DNA of 64,000 nucleotides from an uncultured Bacillota bacterium (GTDB lineage Bacteria; Sysuimicrobiota; Sysuimicrobiia; Sysuimicrobiales; Segetimicrobiaceae): NCBI GenBank assembly GCA_963804645.1, contig CAWDRG010000009.1, positions 32,001 to 96,000 of the forward strand, read 5' to 3'. Shown piece by piece: positions 38,509 to 47,297 of this stretch (position 1 is its first letter; each line of letters starts with the position of its first letter). The notes under the pieces were generated by a model. It saw only the letters and a program-made list of their open reading frames with translations, ran no database searches and was not told where the DNA came from. The position numbers and the translations under genes were made by a program.

Positions 38509-38682
38509 GGGCCCGAAGTGCCTTAGACGTGTTGCTGCCGAGCGTAGTGCTACCGAGCGCCGACGTGCTGCCTCACCATTGCTGTTACCCAAAACTCGGG
38601 CGCGGCGGCGGTCCGGGCCGTGCCGGCGACACGCCGCGTCAGTCCGCGCGTGAGTCCACGCACCCCGCGCGCAGCCGCCGTC

Positions 38683-38711
38683 TTGACGTGCGTCGGACAC
38701 GCGCGGATAAT
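38683..38711 (+). promoter_or_regulatory. sigma70 promoter for the MFS gene
   Basis: TTGACG-N17-GATAAT upstream of the ATG at 38741. Confidence 0.65.
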
Positions 38712-38740
38712 GATATCCGTTTCGAAGGGGGTCAACACGG

Positions 38741-39940
38741 ATGAGCTCGCGTTCGCCCATCGGCAATCGAGGTCTCATAGTCTTGTTCCTGGCGATCTTC
38801 GTCGTAATGATGGGCTTCGGCATCGTCCTGCCGGTGCTCCAGTTCTACGCCCGCGCCGTCGGGGCCACGCCGCTCCAGATCGGGCTGCTGGCGACCAGCT
38901 ACGCGTTCATGCAGTTCCTGTTCGCGCCGCTGTGGGGCGGCCTCAGTGACCGGATCGGCCGCAAGCCGGTGTTCTCGGTCGGCCTGATCGGCTACGCGAT
39001 CTCGTTCGTCATGTTCGGCCTCTCGCACCAGGTCTGGGAGCTGTTCGCGGCACGGATTCTCGGCGGCATTCTCAGCGCCGCGACGCTGCCGACCGCGATG
39101 GCGTACATCGGCGACACCACGTCGGAGGAGCGGCGCGGCGGCGGGATGGGCATGATGGGCGCCGCGATGGGTCTTGGCTTCACGATCGGGCCCGGGATCG
39201 GCGGCCTCCTCGGACGGCACAACCTCGCGCTGCCGTTCTTCGTGGGCGCCGGGCTGGCGCTCGTCACCCTCGCGCTCAGCTGGGGGGCGCTGCCCGAGCC
39301 GATCCGGCACGACTCCTCCTGGGAGCGGCCCCGCCGCCTGACCGCGATCCGGATGGCGCTCAGCGGGCCGCTGGCGTTCTACTTTACCGTGACGCTCGTG
39401 GCGGCGTTCGCGCTCGCCAGCCTCGAGGCGACGTATGCGTTGTTCGCGCAGGACCGGCTGGGGCTCAGCAGCACCGCCGGGGCGGGCGCGATCGGCTTGG
39501 TGTTCGTGACCGTCGGGATCGTCCAGGCGATCATCCTCGGCGGGCTCGTCGGGCGCCTGATCAACCGGTTCGGGGAGGAACGCCTCGTGCGCGGCGGCCT
39601 GGTGATCGCCGCGGTCGGGTACCTGCTCATCACGCAGACGCACAGCATTGCGACGCTCGCACTGTACGCCGCAGTCGCCGGCGTCGGGCACGCGCTGATG
39701 CGCCCCAGCGTCGCGTCGTTGATCTCCAAGCGCACGACGGGCGGCATGGGGTTATCGATCGGGATCATGGATTCGTTCGACAGCCTCGGGCGCATCCTCG
39801 GGCCGACGTGGGGCGGTCTCGTCTACCACGCGGGCATCGTCCTGCCGTACGTGAGCGGGGCGGTGGCCCTCGCCGTCACGGCGGGCTACGCGTACCTCGC
39901 AACCTCCCGCCGCGTCGCGGTCGAGGCCGCGCCCGAATAG
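38741..39940 (+). CDS. MFS drug:H+ antiporter (TetA/DHA1-like)
   Basis: GFGIVLPVL, QFLFAPLWGGLSDRIGRKPV motif A, GFTIGPGIGG motif C. Confidence 0.88.
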   Translation: MSSRSPIGNRGLIVLFLAIFVVMMGFGIVLPVLQFYARAVGATPLQIGLLATSYAFMQFLFAPLWGGLSDRIGRKPVFSVGLIGYAISFVMFGLSHQVWELFAARILGGILSAATLPTAMAYIGDTTSEERRGGGMGMMGAAMGLGFTIGPGIGGLLGRHNLALPFFVGAGLALVTLALSWGALPEPIRHDSSWERPRRLTAIRMALSGPLAFYFTVTLVAAFALASLEATYALFAQDRLGLSSTAGAGAIGLVFVTVGIVQAIILGGLVGRLINRFGEERLVRGGLVIAAVGYLLITQTHSIATLALYAAVAGVGHALMRPSVASLISKRTTGGMGLSIGIMDSFDSLGRILGPTWGGLVYHAGIVLPYVSGAVALAVTAGYAYLATSRRVAVEAAPE

Positions 39941-39944
39941 CGCG

Positions 39945-41210
39945 ATGCCGCCGATCGCGCTCAACGCGCCGGGAGACTTCCTCGTCCTGATGGAGCGCGT
40001 CGGCATCTCGCTCGCAATCGGCATGATGGTGGGCCTCGAGCGCGAATGGGCGCATAAGGACGTCGGCGTCCGGACGTTCGCCTTCGTGACGCTGGCGTTT
40101 ACGCTCGCGTGGACGATCTCCCCGATCACCGCCTACATCCTGCTGGTGGCGCTGATCCCGCTGGTCACGCTCCTGAACTGGCGGAGCATGACGCGGGATG
40201 GGACGTTGGAGCTCACCACCACGGCCGCGCTGCTTGCGACTGGGCTCCTCGGCATCCTCGTCGGGCAGGGCCTGTTCCTGGTGGCCGCCGCGTGCGCCGT
40301 CGTCATCACGGTCTTGCTGGCGTGGAAATCCGAGGTCGTACGGTTCGCCGGCACGCTGACGAACGAGGAGATCCGAGGGGCGCTGGTCCTGCTCGTGGTC
40401 GCGGTCGTCGTGTACCCGCTGCTCCCGACCGGGTGGGTGGATCCGTGGCACCTGGTCAACCTCCGGTCGGCGTGGACCGTCATCGTGGTGATCTCCGCGA
40501 TCGCGTTCACCAACTACGTGCTGCTGCGCATCTACGGGACGCGCGGGATCCGGTGGGCGGGCCTGCTCGGGGGACTCGTCAACAGCACGGCGACCGTCGC
40601 GGAGCTCGCGAGCCGGGCGCGCACCGACCCGGACCGCCTCTCGCTGTTTGCACTCCTCGGGATGGCAACCGCCAACACGGCGATGCTGCTGCGCAACGGG
40701 TTCATCCTCGGCGTGTTCGACCCGTTCGCGCTCTCGTACGGGTGGCTGTCGGTCGTCCTCATGGTCGCGACGAGCGCCATCATCATGTACCGGGTGCATG
40801 TGCGCGACGCGGTGACGGCGCCGCTCCACATGGCGTCCCCGATCTCCGTGCGCCACGCCCTCACGTTCGGGGCGCTGTTCGTGGTGATCACGATCGCCGG
40901 CGAACTGGCCAACCGCGAATTCGGGCAGGCGGGCTTTCTCGCCGTCGCAGTGGTCGGGGGACTCGTCAGCAGCGCCTCCACCTCCGCCGCGGCGGGCATC
41001 CTCGCGGCGCAAGGGTCTCTGCGCCCCGACCTGGCGGGGTACGGCGTCGTGCTCGCCTCGATGGCCAGCGTGCTCTTCCACGTCCCGGTGGTGCAGATGG
41101 CGGGCCACAACCGCCCCCTGACGCGGCGCCTCGCCGTGCTGTCCCTGCTCGTGCTCGGCGCGGGCGCGCTCGGCCTGGTCGCCGAAGCGCTGCTGAACCG
41201 CCGCTTCTGA
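39945..41210 (+). CDS. MgtC/SapB-family membrane protein with DUF4010-like extension
   Basis: IGMMVGLERE, GVRTF, LTTTAAL, YPLLP, GGLVNSTAT. Confidence 0.8.
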   Translation: MPPIALNAPGDFLVLMERVGISLAIGMMVGLEREWAHKDVGVRTFAFVTLAFTLAWTISPITAYILLVALIPLVTLLNWRSMTRDGTLELTTTAALLATGLLGILVGQGLFLVAAACAVVITVLLAWKSEVVRFAGTLTNEEIRGALVLLVVAVVVYPLLPTGWVDPWHLVNLRSAWTVIVVISAIAFTNYVLLRIYGTRGIRWAGLLGGLVNSTATVAELASRARTDPDRLSLFALLGMATANTAMLLRNGFILGVFDPFALSYGWLSVVLMVATSAIIMYRVHVRDAVTAPLHMASPISVRHALTFGALFVVITIAGELANREFGQAGFLAVAVVGGLVSSASTSAAAGILAAQGSLRPDLAGYGVVLASMASVLFHVPVVQMAGHNRPLTRRLAVLSLLVLGAGALGLVAEALLNRRF

Positions 41211-41300
41211 GCGCTCCGCAGGGATCCCGCGCAACCGTCGGGGAGGAGCCGCCGGCTCCCGGGAGAAACGGGGTCCCATGATGAGCGGAGCGCGCGCGCG

Positions 41301-42407
41301 GTGACGTCGCGGGAGTGGGTCGGCCGGACGGCCGCGGTCATCGGGATGGTCGTGCTGGCGTGGATGCTGCTGCGGTTCCTCGTCCACGTCGTGGACGTCT
41401 TGATCCTGCTCCTGATGGCGGCGATCTTTGCCGCCGGCCTGTCCCCCCTCGTCTCGGCGCTCGAGCGGCGGGCCCTGCCCGGGGGCAGGCGGCTCCCCAC
41501 GGGCGTTGTGATCCTCGTCATCTATCTCGCGACGTTCCTCGTGTTCGCCGGTCTCTTGTCCGCCATCATCGTGCCGGCGATCGGCGAAGGGCACGCGTTC
41601 ATCGCGAACCTGCCGCAGTTGCTCGCAACGCTCCAGGGCTGGACCGTTGAGATGCGGCAGCGGTTTCCGTGGCTCCCGAACGTCTCGCCGAGCCTGCAGC
41701 AGATTCCACACGACCTGACGACCCTGTCGCGATACGGATCGACCGCGGCCGGCATCGCGTCGCTCTTCGCCGGCGGGGTGGGCGCGCTCTTCGCCATCCT
41801 CGTCCTGACCTTCTACATGCTGCTCGAGAGCGGGCCGATGAAGACCTCGTTCCTCGGGCTCTTTCCGCCGGACCATCGTGCCCGCGTCGAGCTCGTACTC
41901 TTGGATATCGGCGCAAAGTTCGGCGGGTGGCTGCGGGCGCAGCTGCTGCTCTCGGGCGTCGTCGCCGCGATCGTGACGATTGGCATGGTGGCGCTCGGCA
42001 TGCCGTTCCCGTCGCTCATCGGGATCGTGGCCGGACTGGGGGAGTTGGTGCCGCTGCTCGGTCCGACCCTCAGCGCCGTGGTGGCGGTCCTCATCGGGCT
42101 GTCCCAACCGCTGTGGCGCCTCGTCGCGGTCGTCATCTTCTACATCATCGTCATGAACGTCGAGCCACACATCCTTGTGCCCCGCATCATGTCGCGCGCC
42201 GTCGGGATCTCCCCGCTGCTCGCGCTCGTCGCGCTGCTCTCGGGCATCGAGCTGACGGGGATCCTCGGCGGGCTCCTCGCGATCCCGGTCGCCGCCGCGC
42301 TGCAGGTGGTGGTCTCCGAGATCGCCCGCGCGATCCAGCCCGAGGCCGTGGTGGCCGCGTCGGAGTCCGCGCACCCCGACGGCGAGCGGACTCCGTCACC
42401 GCGCTGA
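41301..42407 (+). CDS. AI-2E family transporter
   Basis: LSPLV, FYMLLE, GGWLRAQLL, ELVPLLGP, EPHILVPRIM..GISP, GGLLAIP. Confidence 0.85.
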   Translation: MTSREWVGRTAAVIGMVVLAWMLLRFLVHVVDVLILLLMAAIFAAGLSPLVSALERRALPGGRRLPTGVVILVIYLATFLVFAGLLSAIIVPAIGEGHAFIANLPQLLATLQGWTVEMRQRFPWLPNVSPSLQQIPHDLTTLSRYGSTAAGIASLFAGGVGALFAILVLTFYMLLESGPMKTSFLGLFPPDHRARVELVLLDIGAKFGGWLRAQLLLSGVVAAIVTIGMVALGMPFPSLIGIVAGLGELVPLLGPTLSAVVAVLIGLSQPLWRLVAVVIFYIIVMNVEPHILVPRIMSRAVGISPLLALVALLSGIELTGILGGLLAIPVAAALQVVVSEIARAIQPEAVVAASESAHPDGERTPSPR

Positions 42408-42500
42408 GCCAAGGGGCGCGCTCGCAGGCTCCAGGAAAGCGGCGCCGCCCCTCGAATCCTGTTCGTGACCCCCATCTCGAGCGCTCGTCAGGAGGCAGCC

Positions 42501-44279
42501 ATGCCGAAGGATCCCGAACAGGCCGTACGGGGCGCGGTCTCCGCGTCCAAACTCATGGAGTACACGAGGAACATCGCGCGCTGGGTGCGGACGTCCGGCA
42601 GTGAGCCGGAGGCGCGCGCGTTCGACTACCTGGAGACCACGCTCCGCGGGTTTGGCCTCGACACGCACCGCGAGCAGCACGAGGCGCTGATCTCGTGGCC
42701 GGGCCCGGCGTCACTCGAGACCGCCGGCGCGTCGCCCCATCGCGTCGAGTGCATCACCCATGCGTTCTCTGCCCCGACCCCGCCCGACGGCCTGGAAGGC
42801 GAGGTCGTCGACCTGGGCGCCGGCGAGTTCGGCACCGCGTCGCTGCGCGGCAAGATCGGACTGGTCAACGGACTCGCCATGCCCACGACGGCGCGGGCCG
42901 CGGAGGAGGCCGGCCTGGCGGGCGTGATCTTCGTCAACCCGCCCGAACTGCACGAGATGATCGTCTCAACCGTCTGGGGGGCACCGACGCCCGAGACGCT
43001 CGGGCGCCTGCCCAAGATCACCGCGATCTCCGTGCGCGAGCCTGACGGGGCCGTCCTGCGCGCGCGGGCGCGGGAAGGCACGCTGCGGGTGCGGATCCAC
43101 GCGGCGGTCGACACCCGATGGCGCGACACCCCCATCCTGATCGCGGAGCTCAAGGGACGCGACGATCCCGACCGGTACGTCCTGTTCAGCGGGCACGTCG
43201 ATTCGTGGCATTACGGAGCGATGGACAACGGCAGCGCGAACGCGGTCATGCTCGAAACCGCGCGGCTCATGAGCAAGCGCCGGGCTCGGCTGCGGCGCGG
43301 CGTCCGCTACGCATTCTGGTCGGGGCATTCCCATGGGCGGTACTCAGGATCGACGTGGTATGCGGACCATCACTGGGAGGACCTCTACCGCAACGCGGTG
43401 CTGCACCTCAACGTGGACTCGTCCGGCGCCACGGGCGCCTCCGTGATGAGCGAGTCACAGACGATGGCCGAGACGTGGACGAGCGGGGCCCGCGCCATCA
43501 AGGACGTGGCGGGTCAAGATCTGGAGCGCCACCGGATCGGCCGGATGGGCGACCAGTCGTTCTGGGGCATCGGGGTCCCGTCGATGTTCGGAGGCGTGTC
43601 GGTCCAGGCCCCGGCCGAGTCCGCCACGGCCGCCGGCCTTGCGTCGCTGACCGGCGCCCCGCGGACGTCGGGAGGGCTCGGCTGGTGGTGGCACACGACG
43701 GACGACACGCTCGACAAGATCGACCGCGACAACCTCCGCCGCGACGCGGAGGTGTACACGCTGGTGCTGTGGCGCTGGTGCACGGCGCCGGTGCTGCCGC
43801 TCGACTACCGGGCCGCGGCCCACGAGCTCGGGGACACCCTGCGACACATTCAGAGCGCGGCGGGCGACGCGTTCGATTTGACGGCGCCCCTCGATGCGGT
43901 CACGCGGCTCACCGGCGCGGTGGACCGGCTGCACGCCGCCGCGGAGCGGCTCGGGGCCTCGCTTGGTACGGGGCGCGGCACGCGCAAACAGCGCGACGCC
44001 GCCTCGCTGGTCAACGACACGCTGATGAGAGCCGGGCGCAAGCTCATCCCGATCAACTACACCGCGGCGGGCGCGTTCGACCACGATCTGGCGGTGCCGA
44101 TCCCTCCGATCCCGGTGCTGCAGTCCGCCGCTCGCCTGCGTGAGCTGCCCCGCGGCTCCAACGAGTACCACGCGCTGGCGACGCGCCTGGTCCGCGAGCG
44201 CAACAAGGTCACGCACGTCATCAACGACGCAGCGGAATCCATCGGGCACGCCCTCAAGCACATCGAACCAGGGAAGTAG
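42501..44279 (+). CDS. M28-like metallopeptidase with PA domain (paralog of 31199-32998)
   Basis: RTSGSEPE, FSGHVDSW..GAMDNGS, FWSGHSHGRYSGS, NVDS, GDQSF, WWWHT..DTLDK; AGGAGG RBS. Confidence 0.8.
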   Translation: MPKDPEQAVRGAVSASKLMEYTRNIARWVRTSGSEPEARAFDYLETTLRGFGLDTHREQHEALISWPGPASLETAGASPHRVECITHAFSAPTPPDGLEGEVVDLGAGEFGTASLRGKIGLVNGLAMPTTARAAEEAGLAGVIFVNPPELHEMIVSTVWGAPTPETLGRLPKITAISVREPDGAVLRARAREGTLRVRIHAAVDTRWRDTPILIAELKGRDDPDRYVLFSGHVDSWHYGAMDNGSANAVMLETARLMSKRRARLRRGVRYAFWSGHSHGRYSGSTWYADHHWEDLYRNAVLHLNVDSSGATGASVMSESQTMAETWTSGARAIKDVAGQDLERHRIGRMGDQSFWGIGVPSMFGGVSVQAPAESATAAGLASLTGAPRTSGGLGWWWHTTDDTLDKIDRDNLRRDAEVYTLVLWRWCTAPVLPLDYRAAAHELGDTLRHIQSAAGDAFDLTAPLDAVTRLTGAVDRLHAAAERLGASLGTGRGTRKQRDAASLVNDTLMRAGRKLIPINYTAAGAFDHDLAVPIPPIPVLQSAARLRELPRGSNEYHALATRLVRERNKVTHVINDAAESIGHALKHIEPGK

Positions 44280-44318
44280 CGCGTCGGCCGGCGTCCGTCG
44301 ATAGACGCCGGAACATGC

Positions 44319-44353
44319 ATCGGCCCGCCGGGTGGCGAATCCGGCGGGCCGAT
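44319..44353. terminator. Stem-loop between convergent genes (possible bidirectional terminator)
   Basis: ATCGGCCCGCCGG-N9-CCGGCGGGCCGAT, perfect 13-bp stem. Confidence 0.55.
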
Positions 44354-44833
44354 CTACGCAGGCTTGGACGCGCCGGGTGTCGAGGGCGGCGTCGTGCCGC
44401 CGCTCGGGGCAGGAGCCGCCCACTTCGTCCACGCGCTAATGACTCCCATGAGCACGCCGCCAGGGGCCTTGAACGCGCTGGTCAAAATGTCGATCACGCC
44501 GCTCACGATATCCACGCAGGTCTTCCACGTCTTGACCGTGCTGTCGATTGCATGCGCCGTCTCTTTCATTTTCTTGATGACGGCGCGCAGCTGTTGAGCC
44601 ACATCGTTCTCCGTCGCAAAGATCGAGTTCAATTCGTTCGCCACGGCCTGCACCATCAGCGCGGTCACGACGTCGATCTGCATCCGACAGTGGTTCGCAA
44701 GCACCCGATCCTCCTCAGACGCCGCGTCGCCCTTGGCGGCCACCGCCACGATGACATCCCGCAACGCCTTCGCGGCGGTGCTCAGCGCATCGGTGATCTC
44801 CCCGTCGGTAAACGGGCTTACGAGCGAAGCCAT
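44354..44833 (-). CDS. Hypothetical alpha-helical protein
   Basis: ORF with G-rich RBS; heptad-like amphipathic helices; hydrophobic C-terminal segment; no recognised family. Confidence 0.65.
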   Translation of the reverse strand: MASLVSPFTDGEITDALSTAAKALRDVIVAVAAKGDAASEEDRVLANHCRMQIDVVTALMVQAVANELNSIFATENDVAQQLRAVIKKMKETAHAIDSTVKTWKTCVDIVSGVIDILTSAFKAPGGVLMGVISAWTKWAAPAPSGGTTPPSTPGASKPA

Positions 44834-44896
44834 ACGGCATCCCCCCACAACGGGTCCGGCGGCGTCGGTCGACCGCGGGTCATCGTGCCGTCGACG

Positions 44897-45820
44897 TCAC
44901 GGCGTGGTGACGCACTTCTTCACCGCCTCGGCGGCCACCGTCGCCGCGGTCAGCTGACCCTGCGCGCACGAGATGGTATTCAACACCCCGACGTAGTCGT
45001 GCAGTGCCGTATCATTGTTCGCGATTTGCTCGGTCATCGCGGCCCAGTTCGTCGCATCCACCCCGGGCAGATTCTGCTTGGTCTGGACGACGGTGTTCGC
45101 GTAGACCGCGTCGATCTCGGCGAGCTCCACGCTCAGGAACCGGCTGTAGTCCTGCGCGGCCGCGTACAGGAGCGTCAAAATGGTTCGAATCGGGTCGTTC
45201 GCCTGCGTCGCGAACGTTCGGACCGCCGCCGCTCGCTCAGTGGCAAAGGCGGCCGCGAGGGCTTGGTCCAGCCCGGAACCGGCGTTGACGACCTGGTCCG
45301 AACTGATCGTATCTTTTGACGGCAGGTGCACAAACCACGCGTCCTTCATGCTCGTGGCCAGGCCCTTGAAGCCGTAGGTTTGAGCTTTGCCGCCGCCCGC
45401 GAGGTCGTTGAGCGCCGAGATGTAGTCGATCACAATGGTATTGGCCGTCGCCCATTCCTTCCCGCCGCCTTGAATGTTCGTACACAGCTTCCCGAGCGTG
45501 CCGCCTGCGACCACGGGGGGCGGTGGCACGAACGTCGAGGGGGAAACCTCGGAGGCGTCAGGCGCAGCCGGACCCGGCTTGATCTCGGGGGCGATCGGTG
45601 TCGGCGCCAGCTGCGCGACTTTATAGTAGTCCCACGCTGCCACGCGAATGCACGTATCGTAGAGGTCGTTTGGAATCCCCTTAAAGGTCGTCAGGGAACC
45701 GGTGAACTTGGTCGAGAGACTCGTGACCGTGTCCACCGTCGCATTCGAGCATCCGGCGGCGAGGAGACAGCCGAGGAGCATGAGCGCCACCGGGATCGAC
45801 GCGGAACGCCATCTATCCAT
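44897..45820 (-). CDS. Hypothetical lipoprotein, largely alpha-helical
   Basis: AGGAG RBS; signal peptide with LAAG-C lipobox; Pro-rich insert; four further Cys. Confidence 0.7.
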   Translation of the reverse strand: MDRWRSASIPVALMLLGCLLAAGCSNATVDTVTSLSTKFTGSLTTFKGIPNDLYDTCIRVAAWDYYKVAQLAPTPIAPEIKPGPAAPDASEVSPSTFVPPPPVVAGGTLGKLCTNIQGGGKEWATANTIVIDYISALNDLAGGGKAQTYGFKGLATSMKDAWFVHLPSKDTISSDQVVNAGSGLDQALAAAFATERAAAVRTFATQANDPIRTILTLLYAAAQDYSRFLSVELAEIDAVYANTVVQTKQNLPGVDATNWAAMTEQIANNDTALHDYVGVLNTISCAQGQLTAATVAAEAVKKCVTTP

Positions 45821-45961
45821 CACACACGCTCCTGCTCTCTGCGGGGTAGCTGACCGCGGTCGGCGGCGCGTCGCGCCTCCAGGGGACCCGAGCCATGAAC
45901 CGGCGTACCGTCCGTCATCCGACCGACGTCCGTACATGGCGCACACGCCTACGCGGCTTTC

Positions 45962-45989
45962 AAAAGACAGAACATGCGTCTCGGGTTCC
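45962..45989 (-). promoter_or_regulatory. Putative ECF sigma factor promoter
   Basis: Minus strand GGAAC-N16-GTCT(TTT), about 140 nt upstream of the lipoprotein start. Confidence 0.4.
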
Positions 45990-46066
45990 GGCTGGGTTCC
46001 GCGCGCTCCTCCTTTGTCGCGCACCGGCGAAGCACCACAGCCGGCCGGCCATCGGGATGCCCCTGG

Positions 46067-47248
46067 TTAGATGCCGGCCGCGTCGCTGAGACCCGCCGGC
46101 TGCGACCCGGCACGGCGCGGCACGACCCGGGCATAGACGACGAGCGCGGCGGCGGTGAGCACCGCGTAGGCGAACCCGAGACCCCGAAACCCCGTGACCT
46201 CGATGAGGATACCGCCGAGCATCGTGCCGACGGCACCTCCCAACGTGATCACCAGCGCCCGGGCGGCCATGATCGTGCCGTGCGCACCGGGGGCGAGCGA
46301 CAGCGCGATGGTGCCGGAGTTCGGGTACCGGACGCTGCTGAAGAACGCGTGGGGCACGAGGAGGACGAGGCTCACCACCGGCGTCAGGCGCAGCCCGAAC
46401 GGCACCGCGATCCCGACGGCGGCGATCGCCGTGCTCAGCAGCAGCGCGCGGCGGCGCCCGAATCGGTTGCCCGCCCACCCCGAGGAGATCGTCCCCGCGA
46501 CGCTCGACGCGGCGAGCACGCCCACCAGCACCCCGATCGGGCCGGGCGCGAGTCCGTAGGTCACCCCGAAGAACGCACCGACGTACACCAGGAATCCGGA
46601 CCAGGCGGTGGTGGCCAGCAGCTCGCCGAACACCCAGCCGCGCGCGCCCGGGTACGCCCCGAGCGTGCCGAGACCGGCGCCGGCACGGGGCTCCGCCGCC
46701 GGCGGCTGGGTCGGCGGCGGAAGCAGGAACAGAACGGCAAAAAACCCCAGTGCCGCGACTCCGGTCCCGACCACGAGATAGCTCGCGCGCCACCCCCAGG
46801 CGTCCGCGACCCACCCGACGAGCGGAAGCCCGAGCATCCAGGCAATGGGGTACCCGGTCGTGATCCACCCCATCGCGGGCCCACGGTGGGCATCATCGAA
46901 GTAATCCGCGGCCGCGGCGGTCCCCGCGAGCGACACGATCGCGACGCCGATGCCGGCGACCGCCTGCAGGCCCATCCACCAGCCGAACGACCGCGTCAGG
47001 CCGAGCGCCGTCTCGGCCGCCGCGATCGCGCCGAGGGCCAGCAGCAGCTGGCGGCGCCGGGGAATGCGATCGGCGAAGAACGTCGCGATGAACGCGGTGA
47101 CGGCGCCGGCCCCGCTGAGCACCGCCCGCGCCTGCCCGGCGACCCCAATGGACACGTGAAACCCGCGGGCCACCTCGACGAGGATCGGGCCGATCATCGC
47201 GTTGGTCAGCGCGTACCCGACCGAGGCGGCGATGAGCGTCGGCAGCAC
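46067..47248 (-). CDS. MFS transporter
   Basis: ADRIPRR, RGPAMGWI, GLPLVGWVADAWGWR, NRFGRRR; 12 TM pattern. Confidence 0.8.
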   Translation of the reverse strand: MLPTLIAASVGYALTNAMIGPILVEVARGFHVSIGVAGQARAVLSGAGAVTAFIATFFADRIPRRRQLLLALGAIAAAETALGLTRSFGWWMGLQAVAGIGVAIVSLAGTAAAADYFDDAHRGPAMGWITTGYPIAWMLGLPLVGWVADAWGWRASYLVVGTGVAALGFFAVLFLLPPPTQPPAAEPRAGAGLGTLGAYPGARGWVFGELLATTAWSGFLVYVGAFFGVTYGLAPGPIGVLVGVLAASSVAGTISSGWAGNRFGRRRALLLSTAIAAVGIAVPFGLRLTPVVSLVLLVPHAFFSSVRYPNSGTIALSLAPGAHGTIMAARALVITLGGAVGTMLGGILIEVTGFRGLGFAYAVLTAAALVVYARVVPRRAGSQPAGLSDAAGI

Positions 47249-47297
47249 CGCCCGTGACGCCGGGTGCGGCGCGGCCGGCGCGGAGTTCCGGCTCAGG

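Noticed and set aside
38530..38665. Short imperfect direct repeats (TGCTRCCGAGCG; GAGTCC) as a CRISPR or iteron array
   Set aside because: Only two or three degenerate short copies with irregular spacing; no cas or rep gene.
38280..38740. tRNA-Asn as an integration site for a genomic island
   Set aside because: No integrase nearby, no duplicated tRNA 3' end seen elsewhere in the window, and the flanks are ordinary genes.
26315..39940. Antibiotic resistance genes (fsr-like and tetA-like MFS)
   Set aside because: Family-level similarity only; no tetR or mobile context, so substrate cannot be inferred.
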